64,000 bases of DNA, from positions 76,446,001-76,510,000 of the forward strand of contig NC_135657.1 of NCBI RefSeq assembly GCF_964188315.1. The letters are read 5' to 3'. The position numbers were made by a program, and so were the translations under genes. Positions 61,416 to 64,000 of this stretch are shown piece after piece. A model generated the notes under the pieces. It was not told where the DNA came from. It ran no database searches and saw nothing but the letters and a program-made list of their open reading frames with translations. How positions within the stretch are numbered: position 1 is the first letter of the stretch; every line of letters starts with the position of its first letter. This stretch comes from Podarcis muralis. Taxonomy: Eukaryota.

Positions 61416-63418
61416 CAGAGGGAAGGCCAGACATCTACCAGGGATGATGCAGTTGCATCCCATATTACAGAATCCTGGGGCAAGGGTATAGTCTCTCCCA
61501 TCTCTATGATCTTATTCTAAACCTTACTACAGCTAAGTCCAGCTCTGGAATTTTAGATAGGCTAGATAGGCCCTTGCAGGGTTCTTTGCATGTTCTTATG
61601 TGACTTTCTAAGACATTCTGCAGCAAATGCGACATATTGCAACCCCACTCATACCATCCAAAGCCCATGCAGGCTAACGAAGGCTAATGTTATGGGAGAA
61701 GATGACCCTGATCTTCAGTTTTTCACCTCCCTCTCCAAATATAATTATGTTGGGGTTGAGGGGGAGATCACAAACTCCACTTTTCAGATTTCTGAATTAG
61801 TTTCCCTGCACTTTTGGGAGGCACATTTTCTGATGTGTAATCTGTTACCATTCCCAAGTTAATAACATCGCCTCTTTATCTTCGTTTATAATTAATTGAT
61901 TATACTGGAGCACCATCCATCATAGATTCTTCCCTCACTACCTTTCAAAGAGAAAATAGTAAATCAACTTTATAACCATAAAAATTGATCTGACTCAGTT
62001 ACTGAATGTAATTTAAAAACAAAAACAACAAAAAACAAATAAATTGCTAGAAATTGCAGCAAAATGGGTTTGAGTTGTGTTTTGAAAATATATATTGTAC
62101 AATCACCTTTGAGACTGCATCGCTACGGGTATACGACTGTCCTGGAATAATTTTATTCCAGATAACTCTCAGACATTTCACTCCCTCATCTAATAGTCTA
62201 TACCATTTATGCAGAAAGTTATCCCTGTGCCTCTGCATGAGAACCTTCATGGCCATTCACTTGGCTATATAGAGTTGTGGGGGGCACTTACTTCTTTATA
62301 TTGTTGATATCAGTTTGTTCTACTTCATGTTCTACCTGAACGTTTTGACATTATTCGATGTCATGTCCATTTTTAAGAGAGAGAAACCACACAAGTGGAC
62401 CTCAGCATGATATGGGGCTTAAGTGGGATCCCCAACGCATATATTCTTATGGCATCTGTGTGGTGGTGAGGGGGAATGGTGCACTGTGGTTGGTGAAAGC
62501 CCCAGGGAATTTGTGAACTGGGGGCTTTGCTTTTCTGAGAAGGAGAATGAACTTGAAAAACAGAAATAGAAAATGGGAGATCAAGTTCTCTAGGAAGACA
62601 TCAAAGTCACTATCTATGATACTTGAGCCATGTTTTATTCCGGCAAAGGAACAAAGAACAAATTTGAATTTCATAGGATTATCAGGAAAGAGAACTCATT
62701 GTTTCCATTATAGTTAGCAAATCCAATGCTAACTATAGCATTATTATTCTTTCTTTGTAAGTTTTACATCTTTTATCTCACAAAATACATTCATTTATTA
62801 AAGGAATCGGTAAAAGGCAAGTCCTTGATATTTCTGCTAGACAAAATTTTTGATCATTCAAACTAGTTAAAGCTCTGGCAAATGAAGAATAGCAATGCAG
62901 ATGCAACTACTGCATGGCACTATCATGCAAACCAATTTCTTTTGGATAAAATGGTTCTGCCATTATTCCCTAGGTAAAATTCTGAAGTTCTTACATCTTT
63001 GTGCATATGCTGCATACACAACTCTTTACTTTGGCTTTTGACACTTGAGATACATGTTTTGGGACCCAACTATTCTTGGGATTGTAAATCATTTTAAATG
63101 TTTTTAATGTTGTATTTTAAATTGTTGTGACCCACCCTGAGACCTGTCTCCTTTTTTTATTTCCTAGCAGCCTTTGCTAATTTTGTTGGAACTTTTGTTG
63201 CAAAAGACACACACACAGAGAGAGTTGTTTCAGCTGTTCCACACTTGAAGAGATTGAAGATGGCTAGGCAGAGAAAGCGTAATATGCCCATGGCTACCTA
63301 GTAAGCTCCATAAATATTTCTGTTTTCTGTATTCAGGCAAACTCACCAATGTAGCTACTGTGCATCACTAATCATATAAAGGAAGCATGGTTTACTAGAT
63401 AACTAAGTCTGTTCAGAC

Positions 63419-63905
63419 CATGGGTCAGCAAACTAAGGTGCGCGGGCTGGATCAGGCCCAATAGCTTTCTAAATCCGGCCCGCGGATGGTCCGGAAATCA
63501 CTGTGTGGATCTCCAGCGTGCGCACGTTCTTTCTCTCTCCCTCCCTCTCTCTCACACGGCAGCGGTGGCACCTCCTCCCTCCCTCCTCCTGGCTTCTCCC
63601 CGCCCTGCCTAGAGGAAGAAGGGTGCTGGGCTTTGTTGATGCAAGCCCCTCTCCGGAGCCCTTTTGCGTGCCACTCATCGTCCCTCCGCTGCTGCCAGTC
63701 CCTGCCACTCACAAGACACAGGATCCGCGGCTGGCTGAGTGCCCCTCTTGAGCAGCCACCATTTAAAGCAGCTCCTCTCTGGAGCCCTTTCGCACGCGCT
63801 CATCATCCCTCGAATGAATATTTCCCCCAAAAAATATAGTCTGGCCCCCCACAAGGTCTGAGGGACAGTGGACCGGCCCCTGCTGAAAAAGTTTGAGGAC
63901 ACCTG
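63419..63905. mobile_element. hAT-type MITE with GC-rich interior
   Basis: Termini catgggtcagcaaact / agtttgaggacacctg. 8-bp TSD gttcagac / gttcagat. Confidence 0.85.
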
Positions 63906-64000
63906 GTTCAGATAATCAAAATGGAGCTGGGGTAGGATGCCAAATTTGAAACTAGGTGTCTTGGCTACTGATTGGCAATTAGAACCATCAGGTTGAATTT

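Noticed and set aside
62047-62272. Protein-like ORFs on both strands, one with an AAG|gtgatt donor
   Set aside because: The nearest acceptor gives stops in all frames, and no homology is recognised.
1-64000. CRISPR arrays, rRNA genes, operons or other prokaryotic/viral systems
   Set aside because: No repeat-spacer arrays or gene-dense segments. All long ORFs trace to vertebrate TEs or simple repeats.

Overview
Repeat-rich non-coding DNA from a squamate reptile, most likely a lacertid lizard. This rests on eight Sauria-type SINEs, MIR-derived Squam3-type SINEs, a BovB tail and L2/CR1 tails typical of lizards. I could not identify any host protein-coding gene; the window reads as a gene desert or a very large intron, with two unrecognised exon-shaped segments and some TE-free stretches. 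Retroelements: eight Sauria SINEs (seven with target-site duplications, TSDs), L1, L2, CR1 and BovB fragments, four to five solo LTRs and a copia gag/protease relic. DNA elements: hAT, Tc1/mariner and possibly MULE-type MITEs, plus a 0.9-kb minisatellite. Most interesting: (1) two dissimilar LTRs each carry a reading frame opening at the LTR 5' end and ending in the same basic/Trp protein motif; (2) a 2.3-kb nested hAT element has internal parts that recur 12 kb away in a TSD-less mosaic insertion; (3) a possible P-element/THAP9-like transposase fossil. All family calls come from motif recognition by eye, with no database search, and many boundaries are approximate.
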